A stretch of 64,000 bases of DNA from an uncultured Desulfobacteraceae bacterium. GTDB taxonomy: Bacteria; Desulfobacterota; Desulfobacteria; Desulfobacterales; JALSRD01. The DNA is taken from assembly GCA_964476595.1 (NCBI GenBank), contig CAYZCL010000154.1, forward strand, positions 903 through 64,902, given 5' to 3'. Both the position numbers and the translations under genes were made by a program. The notes under the pieces were generated by a model. It had not been told where the DNA came from. It was given only the letters and a program-made list of their open reading frames with translations, and did not search any database. Shown piece after piece: positions 14,726-23,862 of this stretch (the stretch's first letter is position 1; each line of letters starts with the position of its first letter).

Positions 14726-17281
14726 CTATTCGATTTCCCCGAAGTGATACCGTCCCGCCATGAACTCCTCCACGTAGCCATCGATGGGGTCGTCACCCCT
14801 GAGGTACATGTCCATCAGCCGCGTGGCGCCCAGCAGCCGGCCGAGCATGTCCAGCCGGTTCTCCAGCCGATCACGGGAAACGTTCTTGATTTCGGCGTCC
14901 ACCAGGTCCCCCTTCTTCTGGACGTCGAACCCCAGCCGGTCCAGCACCCCCGTGATGAAATCGGCGCGTCGGCTGCGCCCGTCGAAGTCGCCCCCGCCGC
15001 CGGTGAAGCGGAACAGCACGTAGTTGTCCGCCTTCCGGTCGCCGCACACGGTGTCCACGATCACGAAGTGGTAGCCGAATTTCAGGTTGAGGTTCAGGTA
15101 GTCGTCGGACACGATGGCGTAGCTGGCCAGCAGCGCGGAGTTTTTGCTGATCATGCCGCCGCCCATGGCGATGTTGTCGAACTGGTCCCAGTCGAAGTGA
15201 CTGAAGCCCGACCAGTGGATGTCTGGGTGGCTGAGTCCTTTCCACAGGGCCCGCATGGGGGCGCTCCGGATTTCATCGGGCCCGATCTCCTTTTTTTCCG
15301 GCCCCGTCGACGCCAGCCCGCCGCCGACGTCCAGCATGTAGAAGAGCATGGGGATGTGGGAGACGAATTTCTTGGTATTCCGGGTCTTGCGGGGGCTGCG
15401 GTTGCCCAGCGAGAACATCTCCTGGACGGCCTTTTCGTGGGAAAAGCGGATGATGTCGTGCAGCGAGCGGCAGTTCTCGGGCGTGAAATCCGGGGATTCC
15501 GGGTCCACCAGGCGCAGCGGCGAAATGAAACTGATGATGTACGACAGGCGGCGTGTCAGGGGGCTGTCGGCGGTCAGGTCCCGGCGCGCGCAGGCCTCTC
15601 CCATCAGTTCCGTCACCAGGCCTGCGTAGATTCGGCCGGCGTCGGCGTGCACCGTGACCTGCATGCCCGTTTCGAGCCGCTCCAGCGCTTCGCCGATGTT
15701 GACCACCATGGGCACGCCGAATTCCCTGGCCACCGAGGCGAAGTGCCCGGCACTGCTGCCGGTGGCGGTCACCACGGCGCTGACGCGGTCCAGCACCTTG
15801 ACATAGTGCGGCGAGGCGTTGCGGGCTGCGAAGACACAGCCTTCCGGCAGGTCGGCCAGGCTCTCTCCCTGGCGGTGGCGGTACACGCGCCCGGCGCCCA
15901 CCCCCGAAGACGCCCGCAGGCCGCCCTCGACGATCACCGGGTTTTCGGGTTCGATCAGGGCGCACTCGTCCGCACTGTCGGCCGGGCTGTCGGGGGCCAG
16001 CGGCCGGGACTGCAGGATGTACAGTGAACCCTGCCGGTCGGTGCACCACTCCACGTCCTGCGGTGCGTCGTAATAGTCTTCCAGCCGACGCCCCCATTGC
16101 GCCAGTTGAAGCACCTGCTCCGGCGAGAGGCTGGCCTCCCGCGCCTCTTGCGGCGCGACCGCCTCGACCGCCGTGGTGCCGTCGGCACGGGCCGTGAACC
16201 GCCGGGTCTTCTCGGCGATTTCCTGCGCGGTGATGCGGAAAGGCTCCTCGCGGCTCACGTGGAAGATGTCCGGCGAGGTTTCGCCGCTGACCAGCAGTTC
16301 CCCGAGGCCCCAGATGGCGTGAATGGCCAGGTGCTCTCCCTGTCCGCCGTCGCGTGCCAGGGTGTACATGACCCCGCTGGCGGCGGCGTCGACCATCTCC
16401 AAGATCAGCACCGCCATGGGGGTCTCGAAATCCGCCAGGCCGTAGTTGACGCGGTAGAAGATGGAACTGGCCGTGTACTTGCTGGCGATCACCTGCCGGT
16501 AGGCCGCCAGCAGGTTCTCGGGCCGCACGTTGAGCACCGTCCGGTACTGTCCGGCGAAGGACGACTGCGTGTCTTCGGCCACCGCGGAGCTGCGCACCGC
16601 CAGCCGCACCGGCCGCCCGGTGGGCCAGATGGTTTCCATGCGCTCCCGGATCTCTTCCGCAACTTCCTCCGGCACTTCGGCTTCCAGGACCAGGCGGCTG
16701 AGCTCTTCGGACGTGCCCTCCAGCGATTCGTCCGAGTGGATGTCCAGTCGCGACAGGCGCTCCTGGATGATCTCTCGCAGCCCGTTGTACTCCAGCAGGT
16801 AGTTGAAGGCGTTGGTGGTGATGACGAAACCCGGTGCGGTGGGCAGGCCCAGTCCGTTTTTCACCTGGGCCAGGTGGAAGGCCTTGCCGCCTGCGATCTG
16901 CCCGGCATCCTCGGGAAGGTCTTCCAGCGCCAGCGTAAAGGGCGGCGCAAACTCGAAGGGCGGCGGCGCCAGCATGAAGCGGATGTAGAAGTCGAACTTG
17001 CGGAAGTAGTCCCTCAGGTTGACGTAGCGGGCGCCCGACAGCAGGTCCAGGTCTTCGATGATGCGGGCCACGCACGCCGACAGTTCCTCGTACTTGCGGA
17101 TGATCACCTCCAGGTCCACCCGCTCGTGGTCGTAGTGCATGTGTTCGATATCGGCGATCAGCTCATGGGCCCGTTTATCGTTGGCCAGCAGCGACTTGAA
17201 AGCCTCGTATTTTTTGCGCAGAACCGTGCCGGGAAAGAAGACCTGGTAGGTCCAGTGCTTGAACAGATTTTTAAGATACAT
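14726..17281 (-). CDS. PEP-utilising-enzyme family dikinase-like protein (PpsA/PPDK-type ATP-grasp plus swivel phosphohistidine domain, unknown N- and C-terminal domains)
   Basis: 851 aa. ATP-grasp region motifs: GGKAFHLAQV and VRSSAVAEDTQSSFAGQY. Mobile His domain: TATGSSAGHFASVAREFGVPMVVNI. I do not recognise about 130 aa at the N-terminus or about 290 aa at the C-terminus. Confidence 0.85.
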   Translation of the reverse strand: MYLKNLFKHWTYQVFFPGTVLRKKYEAFKSLLANDKRAHELIADIEHMHYDHERVDLEVIIRKYEELSACVARIIEDLDLLSGARYVNLRDYFRKFDFYIRFMLAPPPFEFAPPFTLALEDLPEDAGQIAGGKAFHLAQVKNGLGLPTAPGFVITTNAFNYLLEYNGLREIIQERLSRLDIHSDESLEGTSEELSRLVLEAEVPEEVAEEIRERMETIWPTGRPVRLAVRSSAVAEDTQSSFAGQYRTVLNVRPENLLAAYRQVIASKYTASSIFYRVNYGLADFETPMAVLILEMVDAAASGVMYTLARDGGQGEHLAIHAIWGLGELLVSGETSPDIFHVSREEPFRITAQEIAEKTRRFTARADGTTAVEAVAPQEAREASLSPEQVLQLAQWGRRLEDYYDAPQDVEWCTDRQGSLYILQSRPLAPDSPADSADECALIEPENPVIVEGGLRASSGVGAGRVYRHRQGESLADLPEGCVFAARNASPHYVKVLDRVSAVVTATGSSAGHFASVAREFGVPMVVNIGEALERLETGMQVTVHADAGRIYAGLVTELMGEACARRDLTADSPLTRRLSYIISFISPLRLVDPESPDFTPENCRSLHDIIRFSHEKAVQEMFSLGNRSPRKTRNTKKFVSHIPMLFYMLDVGGGLASTGPEKKEIGPDEIRSAPMRALWKGLSHPDIHWSGFSHFDWDQFDNIAMGGGMISKNSALLASYAIVSDDYLNLNLKFGYHFVIVDTVCGDRKADNYVLFRFTGGGGDFDGRSRRADFITGVLDRLGFDVQKKGDLVDAEIKNVSRDRLENRLDMLGRLLGATRLMDMYLRGDDPIDGYVEEFMAGRYHFGEIE

Positions 17282-17510
17282 CTTTCACTCCTGCCGGCCG
17301 CCGCGCTTTTCGGGCCGTTGCCCGAGGCCGTCCGGAAGTTTCACCGGGTGGCATTCGCTGATTGCACCCAGTGTAATCAGAAAAGCCCGAACTTTCAACC
17401 CAAGTTATCGCCTTCCCGCCCGGTGTGATTCACCCGGAGGAGTCCGTGTGTTCGCCACTGTTCAGGAACTTTTCCAAACGGCGACTGGGAACGGCGGGGC
17501 TGATTTCCAA

Positions 17511-17539
17511 TTGACAGCCGAGAGGTTTGTTGCCATAAA
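17511..17539 (+). promoter_or_regulatory. Possible sigma-70 promoter
   Basis: TTGACA (17511-17516), a 17-nt spacer, then CATAAA (17534-17539). It lies about 85 nt upstream of the DUF606 gene. The -10 element is weak. Confidence 0.3.
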
Positions 17540-17622
17540 TAAATGAAATTTCCAGTGGTGCCATTGCGCAAATCGCAGCGGGTCAGGGCCCGCTCTCTTT
17601 TTTAGAAAACGGTGAAAATGCC

Positions 17623-18072
17623 ATGCCGAGCATTCTTCCCTACATGCTGCTGGCCGTGGTGGCCGGCTTTTGCCTGCCCACCCAGGCCGGCATCAACTCC
17701 CAACTGAACCTGTGGACTCGTTCCCCGGTGCTGGCCGCTGCCATTTCCTTTGCGGTGGGAACGGCCGTGCTGGTCCTTTTTGCCCTGGTGGCCCGTATTC
17801 CGCTGCCGGCCGGAGAGGAGGTCTCGCAACACCCGTGGTGGATATGGATCGGCGGTTTCGTGGGCGCCTTTTACGTGGGTTCCACCATCGTGCTGGCGCC
17901 CCGGCTGGGGGCCGCTTCCATGGTGTCCACGGTGGTAGCCGGACAGATGATCGCCTCGCTGGTGCTGGATCACTACGGTCTGATCGGCTACAGCGTGCAC
18001 CCGGTGAGCTGGCTGCGGGTGATGGGGGTGCTGCTGCTGGTGGGAGGAGTGGTAATGATCCGGGTGTTTTGA
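17623..18072 (+). CDS. DMT-superfamily small membrane protein (YdcZ/DUF606-like)
   Basis: 149 aa and strongly hydrophobic with about 5 TM helices. The N-terminal QAGINSQL context is typical of DUF606. Confidence 0.75.
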   Translation: MPSILPYMLLAVVAGFCLPTQAGINSQLNLWTRSPVLAAAISFAVGTAVLVLFALVARIPLPAGEEVSQHPWWIWIGGFVGAFYVGSTIVLAPRLGAASMVSTVVAGQMIASLVLDHYGLIGYSVHPVSWLRVMGVLLLVGGVVMIRVF

Positions 18073-18137
18073 GCCGTTTTGGCGCCCCGGGTGGGGAGGG
18101 GGCGGGACGCCTCCGGCGGGAGGACGTCCCGGTTTCC

Positions 18138-19379
18138 CTATTTTTCGTTGGCCGACTGCAGGATGCAGTGCAACAGAACATTGGCGCCGGCCTCGCAGTC
18201 TTCCCAGCGGGTGTTTTCCACTTCCACGTGGCTGCGGCCGCCGATGCTGGGTACGAAGATCATGGCCGTCGGCGCGACTTGGTTCATGTAGCTGGCGTCA
18301 TGGCCTGCGCCGCTGACCATGTACAGGCTGGGGTAATCCAAGGCCTCGGCCGTGTCCAGCACGCGCTGCACCAGTCTTTCGTCAAAAGGTGAGTGCTCCA
18401 CGCGCCAGGTTTCCTCGATGCGGATGGGGCAGCCCCGGCGTCGCGCGATGACCTCGAAATCGGACCTGAGCTTTTCCCAGGCGTCGATGGCCAGATCGTC
18501 GTCCCACGAACGAATGTCCACCGTGAAGTGCACCTTGTCCGGGATGATGTTGCGCGAGTTGGGGTGGTTCTGGATCTCTCCCACCGTGGCCACCATGTTG
18601 CCGCCCATGCGGGCCGGAAGCTCGTTGACTTTCAGTATCATCTCGGCGGCGGCGCACAGGGCGTCGTGGCGCCCCTCCATGGGCGTGGGGCCCACCTGGT
18701 TGGCCTCGCCCTCCAGATAGACGTCGTACCAGTGCAGGCAAAGGATGCCCTTGGGTGCACCGATGATCTTGCCCTCGCGCTCCAGGATGGGGCCCTGCTC
18801 GATGTGGTATTCGTAGTAGGCGTGTACCGGCCATTTTCGGGCCGGCACGTCCCCCTTGTAGCCGATGCGGATGAGCTCGTCTTCGAAGCGCTTGCCGTTG
18901 ATGTCGGTGCGGTCGTAGGCCCAGTCGCGGTCCAAGGCACCGGCCCAGACTCCCGAAGACACCATCGCCGGGGCGAAACGCGAACCCTCCTCGTTGGTCC
19001 AGTCCACGATGTCGATGGGCCGCTCGGTCTCGATGCCGTGGTCGTGCAGGGTGCGCAGCACCTCGAGCGCCCCCATGACTCCCAGGATGCCGTCGAAGCG
19101 GCCGCCCTTGGGTTGTGAGTCGATGTGCGACCCGCTCATTACAGGGGCCAGGTCGTTGCTGCGCCCCTTACGGCGACCGAAGATGTTGCCCATCTCGTCG
19201 ATGGTGACTTTGAGGTCCAGTTCTTTCAGCCAGCTGACGAAGAGATCTCGCGCCTGCTTATCCTCGTCAGTCAGGGTCAGCCGCTGTACGCCCCCGCCGG
19301 GGGTAGCCCCGATCTTGGCCATTTCCTCCAAGGTGCCGCGCAGCCGCCGACCGTCGACTCTCAGGTCTTTCCGTTCCAT
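18138..19379 (-). CDS. M20-family Zn amidohydrolase (N-carbamoyl-L-amino-acid / allantoate / beta-ureidopropionase type, AmaB-like)
   Basis: 413 aa. Motifs SGSHIDSQPKGGRFDG, NEEGSRF and GAGHDA. It is the last gene of the preT-preA-dihydropyrimidinase operon. Confidence 0.85.
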   Translation of the reverse strand: MERKDLRVDGRRLRGTLEEMAKIGATPGGGVQRLTLTDEDKQARDLFVSWLKELDLKVTIDEMGNIFGRRKGRSNDLAPVMSGSHIDSQPKGGRFDGILGVMGALEVLRTLHDHGIETERPIDIVDWTNEEGSRFAPAMVSSGVWAGALDRDWAYDRTDINGKRFEDELIRIGYKGDVPARKWPVHAYYEYHIEQGPILEREGKIIGAPKGILCLHWYDVYLEGEANQVGPTPMEGRHDALCAAAEMILKVNELPARMGGNMVATVGEIQNHPNSRNIIPDKVHFTVDIRSWDDDLAIDAWEKLRSDFEVIARRRGCPIRIEETWRVEHSPFDERLVQRVLDTAEALDYPSLYMVSGAGHDASYMNQVAPTAMIFVPSIGGRSHVEVENTRWEDCEAGANVLLHCILQSANEK

Positions 19380-19394
19380 GGGTTCACCTCTTTT

Positions 19395-20786
19395 CTAGAA
19401 TCCCTCGAAGGGCTCTCGCTTGACGAAGCGGCCGCGGCCGACCTCGCCCACGAATTCCATCTGTTCGCCGTTCCAGCGGGCCACCTTTTTACCGCGGGAG
19501 TAGACCAGGTGCGGCATGCCCGTGATCTCGAAGCCCTCAAAAGGCGTGTAGTCCACGTTCATGTGCAACCTGCTCTGGGTGATGGTGAACTTCTGCTGCG
19601 GGTCGAAGACCACGATGTCGGCGTCCTTGCCCACGGCGATCTCGCCCTTGTCTTTCAGGCCGAACATGCGCGCCGTGCCGGTGCACAGCACGTCCACCAT
19701 GCGCTCCAGGCTGATGCGGCCCTTGACGACACCCTCGGAGTGCAGCAGGATCAACAGGGTTTCAATGCCCGGCGCGCCGTTGGGGATCTTCTTGTAGTCG
19801 TCCTTGCCGAACATGTCCTTCTTGCCGACAAAGTCGAACGGGCAGTGGTCGGTGGCCACCACCTGCAGGTCGCCGCCCTTGAGGCCCTGCCACAGAGCGG
19901 CGTTGCTCTCGGCGGTGCGCAGCGGCGGCGACATGACGTACTTGGCGCCGGCAAAATCCGGCTCCTTGTAGCGCTCCTCGTCGAGCAGCAGGTACTGCGG
20001 GCAGGTCTCGGCAAATACGTCGATGCCGCGGTCGCGGGCTTCCTTGACTTTCCACAGGCCCTCCTTGGAGGACAGGTGCACGATGTAGATACGCGAACCG
20101 GTCAGCTCCACCATCTTGGCGGCACGGGCGATGGCCTCCTCCTCGGCGATATTGGGGCGGCTGACGGCGTGGTAGTAGGGCGCCAGCTTGCCCTCTTTTG
20201 CGAGCACCTCGTTCATGTGCTGGATGATGTAGACGTTTTCGGCGTGCACCTGCACCAAGCCGCCGTACTTCTTGGTCTCTTCCAGCAGCTTGATCATGGT
20301 GGCGTCGTCCACGCGGAAATCGTACACCATGAAGATCTTGAAGCTCGGCGTGCCGTATTCCAGGCAGGCCTTCTTGACCTCCTCGATGACGTCCGGGCGG
20401 GGGTCCATGACCGCCGGGTGCAGCGAGTAATCCACCGCGGCCTTGCCTTCGGCCCAGGATTTCTTGCGCTCGATGGCCTCCAACAGGGTCTCGCCCTTCT
20501 GCTGCAGGTCGAAATCCACCACCGTGGTCACCCCGCCGCAGGCCGCGGCGATGGTGCCGGTCTCGTAGTCGTCCTGGGCGTGGGTGCCCATGAAGGGCAT
20601 GGAGATGTGGGTGTGCGGGTCGATGGCGCCGGGCAGGATGTACTTGCCGGTAGCGTCGACGACCTCGTCGGCCGGGACGTCCAGGTTGCTGCCGATGGCC
20701 GTGATGCGGTCCCCCTCGGCGTAGACATCGGCGGTGATGCGGCCGGTGGTGCTGACAATGGTGCCTCCCTTAAACAGTACACTCAT
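19395..20786 (-). CDS. Dihydropyrimidinase / D-hydantoinase (cyclic amidohydrolase)
   Basis: 463 aa. Metal site GAIDPHTH, carboxylated-Lys context SFKIFMVY, and VHAEN. The overall sequence is hydantoinase-like. The start overlaps the preA stop by 17 nt. Confidence 0.9.
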   Translation of the reverse strand: MSVLFKGGTIVSTTGRITADVYAEGDRITAIGSNLDVPADEVVDATGKYILPGAIDPHTHISMPFMGTHAQDDYETGTIAAACGGVTTVVDFDLQQKGETLLEAIERKKSWAEGKAAVDYSLHPAVMDPRPDVIEEVKKACLEYGTPSFKIFMVYDFRVDDATMIKLLEETKKYGGLVQVHAENVYIIQHMNEVLAKEGKLAPYYHAVSRPNIAEEEAIARAAKMVELTGSRIYIVHLSSKEGLWKVKEARDRGIDVFAETCPQYLLLDEERYKEPDFAGAKYVMSPPLRTAESNAALWQGLKGGDLQVVATDHCPFDFVGKKDMFGKDDYKKIPNGAPGIETLLILLHSEGVVKGRISLERMVDVLCTGTARMFGLKDKGEIAVGKDADIVVFDPQQKFTITQSRLHMNVDYTPFEGFEITGMPHLVYSRGKKVARWNGEQMEFVGEVGRGRFVKREPFEGF

Positions 20787-22080
20787 TTGGCCCCTCCTTT
20801 GTAAACGGCTCGTATTTGATCTCCTTTTCCAAGCTTGGGTCCATGACCGGCGTTTCGTTGCGCCGCCAGCCCCGCGGCATGGCCTTGTAAGTGATCAGGT
20901 CGGTTACCGGGCAGACGAACTGGCACAGCATGCAGCTCAGGCACTTGTTCTCGTCCAGGACGGGACGTCGCTGATCCCCGTCCCAGGTAAGGGCCTGTCC
21001 GGCGGCGTCACGGCAGACGACGTAGCACTGGCCGCAGCCGATGCAGCGGTCCACATCGTACTGTGTAATCCCCTGCCTTTCAAGGTCGAAGTGGTCGGTC
21101 TCGTGCAGGTGGGGCAGGGCCTTGCCCACCAGTTCGGCAACGCTGTGCACTCCCTTGCGGGCCATGTAATCGCCGAGGCCTTCGATCATATCCTCCACGA
21201 TGCCGTAGCCGTAGTGCATGATGCCGGTGGTTACCTGGATCGTGGAGCTGCCCACCAGGATGTACTCCAGAGCGTCGATCCAGGTCTCGATGCCGCCGAT
21301 ACCCGACAGCGGCAGACCCAGTTCCAGACACTTTGCCATGGAGGCGATGAAGTTCAGCCCGATGGGCTTGACGGCCGGCCCCGAGGTGCCGCTGATGGCA
21401 CCCTTGCCGAACACGTTGGGCCGCGGCACGAAGTCGTCGAGCCCGATTTCCGAGATGCCGCGTACCGTGTTGATGGCACTGATGGCGTCGGCGCCGCCCT
21501 TTTTGGCATACAGCGCCGGTTCGGTCATGTCGGTGATGTTGGGCGTCATCTTGGCCATCACCGGGATGGAGACGTTCTTTTTGACCGCTTCGGTGAAGCG
21601 CTCCAGCAGGTGAAAGGCTTGGCCCACCTTGTGGCCGGCACCCTCGATGCACATGTGGGGGCACGAGAAATTGAGCTCCAGCATGTCGGCCCCGTTGTCT
21701 TCGGCCACCTTGGCCAGGTACACCCACTCGTCCTCGAAGAAGCCCATGATGCTGGCGATGATGCGGTGGTCGGGGTAATGCTTCTTGAGGTACAGGATGT
21801 CGATCAGGTTGTCCTTGAGGGGGCGGTCGGAGATCTGTTCGACGTTCTGCACGGCCATCTCTTTCTTGCTGCCGTAGTGCACGCAGTGCATGCGCGGCGA
21901 GGGGTGGATGATGGGCAGACGGTCTGAGTTGAGCGTCTTGAAAACCACGCCGCTCCAGCCGGCCTCGAAGGCGCGGGCCACCATCTCAGCCGAGTTGGAG
22001 ACCGGCGAGGAGGACAGCAGGAACGGGTTGGTGAAAGTGATGCCGCAAAAATTTACGGATAGATCGATATTGTTAGCCAC
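20770..22080 (-). CDS. preA: NAD-dependent dihydropyrimidine dehydrogenase, PreA-like subunit (DHODH-like barrel plus 2x[4Fe-4S])
   Basis: 436 aa. Active-site context NFSCPHM in a DHOD-like barrel. C-terminal motifs CIGCGQCYVVC and CLSCMLCQFVCP. Confidence 0.85.
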   Translation of the reverse strand: MANNIDLSVNFCGITFTNPFLLSSSPVSNSAEMVARAFEAGWSGVVFKTLNSDRLPIIHPSPRMHCVHYGSKKEMAVQNVEQISDRPLKDNLIDILYLKKHYPDHRIIASIMGFFEDEWVYLAKVAEDNGADMLELNFSCPHMCIEGAGHKVGQAFHLLERFTEAVKKNVSIPVMAKMTPNITDMTEPALYAKKGGADAISAINTVRGISEIGLDDFVPRPNVFGKGAISGTSGPAVKPIGLNFIASMAKCLELGLPLSGIGGIETWIDALEYILVGSSTIQVTTGIMHYGYGIVEDMIEGLGDYMARKGVHSVAELVGKALPHLHETDHFDLERQGITQYDVDRCIGCGQCYVVCRDAAGQALTWDGDQRRPVLDENKCLSCMLCQFVCPVTDLITYKAMPRGWRRNETPVMDPSLEKEIKYEPFTKEGPNECTV

Positions 22081-22091
22081 CGGGATTCCTC

Positions 22092-23441
22092 CTATTGGGT
22101 CAGATAGTCTTTAATGGCGCGGGCGGCCACCTTGCCGTCCTGTACGGCCTGGACCACCAGGGCCGGACCGCGCACGATGTCGCCGCCGGCGAAAATGCCC
22201 TCTACCGAGGTTTTACCGGTGTCCGGGTCCACCTCGATAAGCCGGCGGTCGTTCAGCTTGACACGTGGGTACCAGGCCGGAGAGTCATCGGGTGCCTGAT
22301 TGCCGATGGCTTCGACCACCAGGTCGGCGGGCAGCACCCACTCCGAGCCCTCGATAGCCTCGGGGCGGCGGCGGCCCGAATCATCGGGTTGGCCCAGGCG
22401 TGTGCGCACCAGTTTGAGCCCGCTGATGCGGTCCCCGTCGGCTACATAGTCGACGGGTTGGTTGAGCAGCAGGAAGTGCACACCCGCCTCCTGGGCCTCG
22501 ACGCGTTCATCGGGTTCGGCCGGCATCTGGGCATAGGAGCGGCGGTAGACCAGGTAGACATCGGCAGCCCCCAGACGGGCGGCAGCGCCGATGCAGTCCA
22601 TGGCTACCGATCCCCCGCCGATGACGGCCACGGTTTTGCCGCCCACAGTGTCCCTCATTTGCGCGAAACGTCCATCGCGCAGCGCGGCCAGGAAATCCAC
22701 CGATGACCACAGCCCCTTCAGGGCCGGGCGCTTTTCTTTCAGGCTGGCGGCCTGCCATAGCCCCGGCGCCAGGAAAACAGCACTGTAGCCGCTGGCCAGC
22801 AGTTTTTCGGCGTCGTTTTGTCCGTTGACCGGACTGTTGCACTTGAATTCCACCCCCAGGGCGCGCACGTCGTCGAGCTCGCGGTTCAGGAAGCCAAGGC
22901 TGCAGCGGTAGGACACCACGCCGTAACGCAGCACGCCGCCGGGCTCCGGACGAGCCTCGAAAATGGTCACGCCGAAGCCTTCCCTGGCCAGTTCGGCCGC
23001 ACAGCTCAGGCCCGCTGGCCCCGAGCCCACCACGGCGATTTTTTGCGGCCGTGGGGCACCCTTTTCCAGCACCTGGATTCCCTGGTGCCAGGCGTACTCC
23101 ACCAGGAATCGCTGAATTTTGCCGATGGCGATGGGGCGGTCGGCGCCCTCGGGGCGATCCTGTGACTTGAACATGGCGCTGCATTTTTCCTCACACAACC
23201 GTGCCGTGGGGCACAGCACCCCGCAGGCGCCCCCCAAAATGTTGTTCTGCTTGATGGTACGCACCGCACCGGTGATGTTTTTAAAACGCAGCTTGCGAAT
23301 GAAACGGCCCGGGTCGGTGTCGGCCGGGCAACCGGCCGAGCAGGGTGCGTCGTGGCACAACAGGCAGCGGTCGGCCTCGGCGATGGCCTGGGCCAGATCG
23401 AAGCCTTTCTCCATGGGTTCGAAATCATCGGGTTTGCTCAA
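22092..23441 (-). CDS. preT: NAD-dependent dihydropyrimidine dehydrogenase, PreT-like subunit (GltD-like)
   Basis: 449 aa. Fe-S motifs CLLCHDAPC..CP and GACGVLCPTARLCEEKC. Dinucleotide folds IAVVGSGPAGLSCA and VAVIGGGSVAMDC. Confidence 0.85.
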   Translation of the reverse strand: MSKPDDFEPMEKGFDLAQAIAEADRCLLCHDAPCSAGCPADTDPGRFIRKLRFKNITGAVRTIKQNNILGGACGVLCPTARLCEEKCSAMFKSQDRPEGADRPIAIGKIQRFLVEYAWHQGIQVLEKGAPRPQKIAVVGSGPAGLSCAAELAREGFGVTIFEARPEPGGVLRYGVVSYRCSLGFLNRELDDVRALGVEFKCNSPVNGQNDAEKLLASGYSAVFLAPGLWQAASLKEKRPALKGLWSSVDFLAALRDGRFAQMRDTVGGKTVAVIGGGSVAMDCIGAAARLGAADVYLVYRRSYAQMPAEPDERVEAQEAGVHFLLLNQPVDYVADGDRISGLKLVRTRLGQPDDSGRRRPEAIEGSEWVLPADLVVEAIGNQAPDDSPAWYPRVKLNDRRLIEVDPDTGKTSVEGIFAGGDIVRGPALVVQAVQDGKVAARAIKDYLTQ

Positions 23442-23862
23442 AATAAACCTCCTTAATAGATAAAGAATTTCTTGCCCGGCGAAGGGGTTGCCGGGGACTC
23501 GGCGGGTAGCGGGTTCTGTGTCCCCCAGAAACAGGACGCGGCTTTGAGACTGGACCCTATCCCCGCCTCGCCGCCGGTTCGTATCGATTAAATATTACGG
23601 GGATGCACAGGGGATGTCAAGTTATAATTGGGCTTATTTCGACGAAAAAAGTCATGATTTAGCTTGTATACTGCGAAAACAGAAAAAAGTAGCGCTGAAT
23701 TGTGACGTCATCTTTAAAGTTGAGACTTGATTTATTCACTGTCTTGTGTTTTATCGCTAAATAATATTCATGCCGACGGGGAAATTTTGCCGGCGGTCGT
23801 GAAGATGGTACGCGGATTCGTTTCGTTTGAAACAGTGTTCCTCAAAAAAAGGGGAGGGGTTT

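Noticed and set aside
17349-17366. TGGCATTCGCTGATTGCA as a sigma-54 promoter
   Set aside because: The GG-to-GC spacing is N12 instead of the required N10. A similar near-miss at about 37413-37428 (TGACACCGGATTGCT) lacks the GG and has the wrong spacing.
14012-17428. Long plus-strand ORFs (14012-16027, 671 aa; 16097-17428, 443 aa)
   Set aside because: They are antisense to the phosphatase and dikinase-like genes, which have clear motifs. The translations are Arg/Gly/Ala/His-rich with no domains. This is a high-GC artefact.
17496-17530. GGGGCTGATTTCCAATTGACAGCC, which resembles the 5' end of tmRNA (GGGGCUGAUUCUGGAUUCGACGGG)
   Set aside because: Only about 125 nt remain before the next gene. 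There is no tag-peptide reading frame, no T-arm (GGTTCGAATCC-like) and no CCA-proximal acceptor complement. I judge the similarity coincidental.
23442-23862. Promoter and operator calls in the preT / beta-ureidopropionase divergent region (perfect TATAAT near 23623, TGTGACGTCA palindrome near 23703)
   Set aside because: The TATAAT has no acceptable -35 or extended -10 at the correct spacing. The TGACGTCA palindrome is a single occurrence without a known cognate regulator in the window. This is too weak to annotate.
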